DNA of 64,000 nt, taken from the NCBI GenBank assembly GCA_000437315.1, contig FR899419.1, positions 16,156 to 80,155 on the forward strand, read 5' to 3'. Each line of letters opens with the position of its first letter. Within the stretch, counting starts at the first letter, position 1. Below the pieces are notes generated by a model. It saw only the letters and a program-made list of their open reading frames with translations, did no database searches and was not told the DNA's origin. The position numbers were made by a program, and so were the translations under genes. The stretch is from Mycoplasma sp. CAG:472. Its GTDB lineage: Bacteria > Bacillota_I > Bacilli_A > RF39 > UBA660. This document shows, in pieces, positions 61,626 to 64,000 of the stretch.

Positions 61626-61653
61626 ATAGCGTTATCTAATTTCATTATTAGGC

Positions 61654-61674
61654 AACGTGAACTTCCTTCACGTT
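61654..61674. terminator. Hairpin between the convergent P-type ATPase gene and the small plus-strand ORF
   Basis: AACGTGAA-CTTCC-TTCACGTT, an 8-bp perfect stem. The flanking T/A runs are weak on both strands. Confidence 0.4.
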
Positions 61675-61720
61675 CACCTATTTATAATATAACATTAATC
61701 TATATATTTATGCAAGGGGT

Positions 61721-64000
61721 TTAGATATTATTTGTTTTTCTTAATATATAATTTGAAAGTGATTTAAGTTTATCAAAAATATACATACTACAAATAAATA
61801 AAACTATAAATACTAAAATAGTGTCTTTATTAATATTACTTATATTGAAAAATGCATATTGGTAAAGCGCACAATATTCAAATGCTAAGAATAATATACA
61901 CATCATTACTCCCCTTAAAAGATTATATGGTTTACAAATATAATTTAAGAATATAAATCCTGTTATAGCGGTTAAAAATACTGTAAGAGTCGAACATAAT
62001 TCTTGTGAAAGACCAAAATTAATTTGGAACAACTTAATAATTACTACATTAAATACTACAGTTAAAGCACTAGGTAAAGCCTTTAAGAATACTTTCAAAA
62101 GAAAATTTCCTTTTACAAGTTCATGGTTTGGTTCAAGTGCTAAAATAAATGATGGAACACCTATTGTAAAAAATGTTATTAAAGTTAAATGAATTGGAAT
62201 AAAGAAATATTCTGTATTTAGGAAAATACAAGCAATAATTAAAATTATTGTAAATATTGTTTTACTAAGGAGAAGTGATGAACTTCTTTCTATATTATTA
62301 ATACTTCTTCTTCCCTCCTTTAAAATAAGAGGTAAATTATCAATTTTTGAATCAAGAAGTACAAACTGACTTACATTTTTGGCAGCATCTGCTCCACTTG
62401 CCATTGCAATAGAACAATCACTTTCTTTTAAAGCAAGGCAATCGTTTACTCCATCACCAGTCATACCTACAAAATGTCCTTTATTCTTAAGGGCAATAAC
62501 TATTTTTTTCTTTTGGTCTGGTTTAACTCTACCTAAAATATTAAAACTTTCAATAATATCAGGTATTTCTTCATCACTAACCTGTGACATATCTACACTT
62601 CTTATATCACTAATTCCTGCCCTACTAGCAATTTTAGAAACAGTTACTGGATTATCTCCACTTATGATTTTAATATCAATACCTTGCTCTTTAAAATAAT
62701 TTAAAGTAACATCAGCATTTTCTTTGATTTTATCTTGAATTAAAATTAAAGCAATAGGTTTTATATCTTTTATATTTTTTAAACTTTCTCCTTTTGCAAG
62801 AAGTAATACTCTATAATCTTCTTGATAAGATGAAAGATTTTTTATTTTACCTTTATATAAATTTTCAGGACTACCTAAAAAGTATACATCACTTTCAAAT
62901 TTAACCGCTGAATACTTACGTACACTTGAAAATGATAATGTTTCTAAAAAAGCATCCTTATATTTAATATCACTTACAAAACTTTCTACTGCTTTAAAAG
63001 TTGGTGATGGATCAGAAAGTGCATTTACATAAGATGCTAAAATTTCTTTAATATCTTTTTCACTTTCTTTTTTAAGAGGAATAATTTTTTTTACTTCCAT
63101 AAATCCTTCGGTAATTGTACCAGTTTTATCTAAACATAAAGTATCTACTCTAGCAAGATTTTCAATAGAATATAAATCTTGAACTAAAACATTATATTTT
63201 TTAAGTCTAATAACACTTACTGCCATTGCCGATGATGTTAAAAGTACAAGCCCTTCGGGTATCATACCTATTAAAGCACTAACCATACTCATAAGGGAAT
63301 CTGGAATGCTGTTAGTAATACCCATTTGATTTATAAAAAATAATATACCAATTGGAACAAGTAAAACACTTAGTATTTTTAGCATCTTTTCAAATGAATT
63401 ATAAATAACTGAATTAGTCTTTTTTATATATTTTGTTTCACTAGTAATTTTAGAAATATAATTATCTTTTCCTATATGAATTACCTTAGCATAAACATTA
63501 CCACTTATAATAAATGAACCACTTGTTAAATCATCACCCTTTTCTTTAGTAATAATTTTTTCTTCACCAGTTATAAAAGCTTCATTTACTTCACAAGTTC
63601 CAGATAATATTACAGCATCAGTTACAACCTGGTTTCCTATTTCATAATTACATACATCATCTAAAACAAGCTGTTCTCTAGTAAGCTCTATAGTTTCACC
63701 ATCACGAATTACTTTAATTTTGCTATCGGCAATAACACTTAATTTATCAATTGTTTTTTTAGCAAGAATTTCTTCGACTATACTTATTATAGTATTTGTA
63801 AAAATGACATTAACAAAAAGACAATTTTTTAATGCATATAAAAATTTTCCAGATACTATTCCACTTATTAAAACCATTAAACCTAAAGCAATATTTAAAA
63901 AGTTAAAATAAGTTAAAGCATTTGTCTTAATAATTTCTTTAATAGTTTTAGTTTTTGGTTCATCAACATAATTTATTAAACCTTTTTGTTTTCTTTCTTC
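61721..64000 (-). CDS. Cation-transporting P-type ATPase (N-terminus runs off the window end)
   Basis: DKTGTITEG phosphorylation motif, ISGDNPVTV, MTGDGVNDCLALKESD hinge. The frame stays open upstream of the track Met at 63877 through 64000 (EERKQKGLINYVDEPKTKTIKEII...). Confidence 0.9.
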   Translation of the reverse strand, partial: EERKQKGLINYVDEPKTKTIKEIIKTNALTYFNFLNIALGLMVLISGIVSGKFLYALKNCLFVNVIFTNTIISIVEEILAKKTIDKLSVIADSKIKVIRDGETIELTREQLVLDDVCNYEIGNQVVTDAVILSGTCEVNEAFITGEEKIITKEKGDDLTSGSFIISGNVYAKVIHIGKDNYISKITSETKYIKKTNSVIYNSFEKMLKILSVLLVPIGILFFINQMGITNSIPDSLMSMVSALIGMIPEGLVLLTSSAMAVSVIRLKKYNVLVQDLYSIENLARVDTLCLDKTGTITEGFMEVKKIIPLKKESEKDIKEILASYVNALSDPSPTFKAVESFVSDIKYKDAFLETLSFSSVRKYSAVKFESDVYFLGSPENLYKGKIKNLSSYQEDYRVLLLAKGESLKNIKDIKPIALILIQDKIKENADVTLNYFKEQGIDIKIISGDNPVTVSKIASRAGISDIRSVDMSQVSDEEIPDIIESFNILGRVKPDQKKKIVIALKNKGHFVGMTGDGVNDCLALKESDCSIAMASGADAAKNVSQFVLLDSKIDNLPLILKEGRRSINNIERSSSLLLSKTIFTIILIIACIFLNTEYFFIPIHLTLITFFTIGVPSFILALEPNHELVKGNFLLKVFLKALPSALTVVFNVVIIKLFQINFGLSQELCSTLTVFLTAITGFIFLNYICKPYNLLRGVMMCILFLAFEYCALYQYAFFNISNINKDTILVFIVLFICSMYIFDKLKSLSNYILRKTNNI

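Overview
Very AT-rich chromosomal segment that uses the standard code (Trp = TGG; long ORFs are not interrupted by TGA). It looks like a small-genome Firmicutes/Mollicutes-related organism. Essentially every protein gene is on the minus strand; only a tRNA-Gln and two small candidate transcripts are on plus. Housekeeping backbone: lon (partial), der, engB, mnmA, priA, ER/SipW-type signal peptidase, prs, tig, a Xer-type recombinase, greA, hrcA-grpE-dnaK-pepF-dnaJ behind a consensus promoter with two CIRCE-like operators, and a P-type ATPase (partial). Accessory content: (1) A tightly coupled 12-gene operon (15129-28867). It combines a complete-looking F1-like ATPase (alpha, beta, gamma-, epsilon-, b- and c-like proteins) with a 1974-aa and a 443-aa membrane-anchored FN3-like surface protein, extra membrane proteins and a Flp-like pilin. 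The c-like subunit has no ion-binding carboxylate. This is my top candidate for a novel system. (2) A diversity-generating retroelement (28955-34274) with MutS-like/Avd/RT genes, a template repeat rich in AAC codons and two variable repeats in two paralogous surface-protein genes. An 11-nt poly-G tract sits in the first accessory gene. (3) A decayed defence islet: a type III toxin-antitoxin-like pseudoknot RNA repeat pair with a terminator and a degraded ToxN/AbiQ-like stub, an orphan AbiEi, and a truncated Bro-N protein. (4) Further paralogous surface proteins with SipW-type signal peptides; one is split by an imperfect 31-nt tandem duplication. (5) A five-gene operon (57170-61226) encoding three paralogous small membrane proteins, an alkaline-phosphatase-family enzyme and a protein with two RNxxxH HEPN motifs. 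No rRNA, CRISPR array or intact transposon was seen. All homology statements come from motif recognition by eye, not from database searches.
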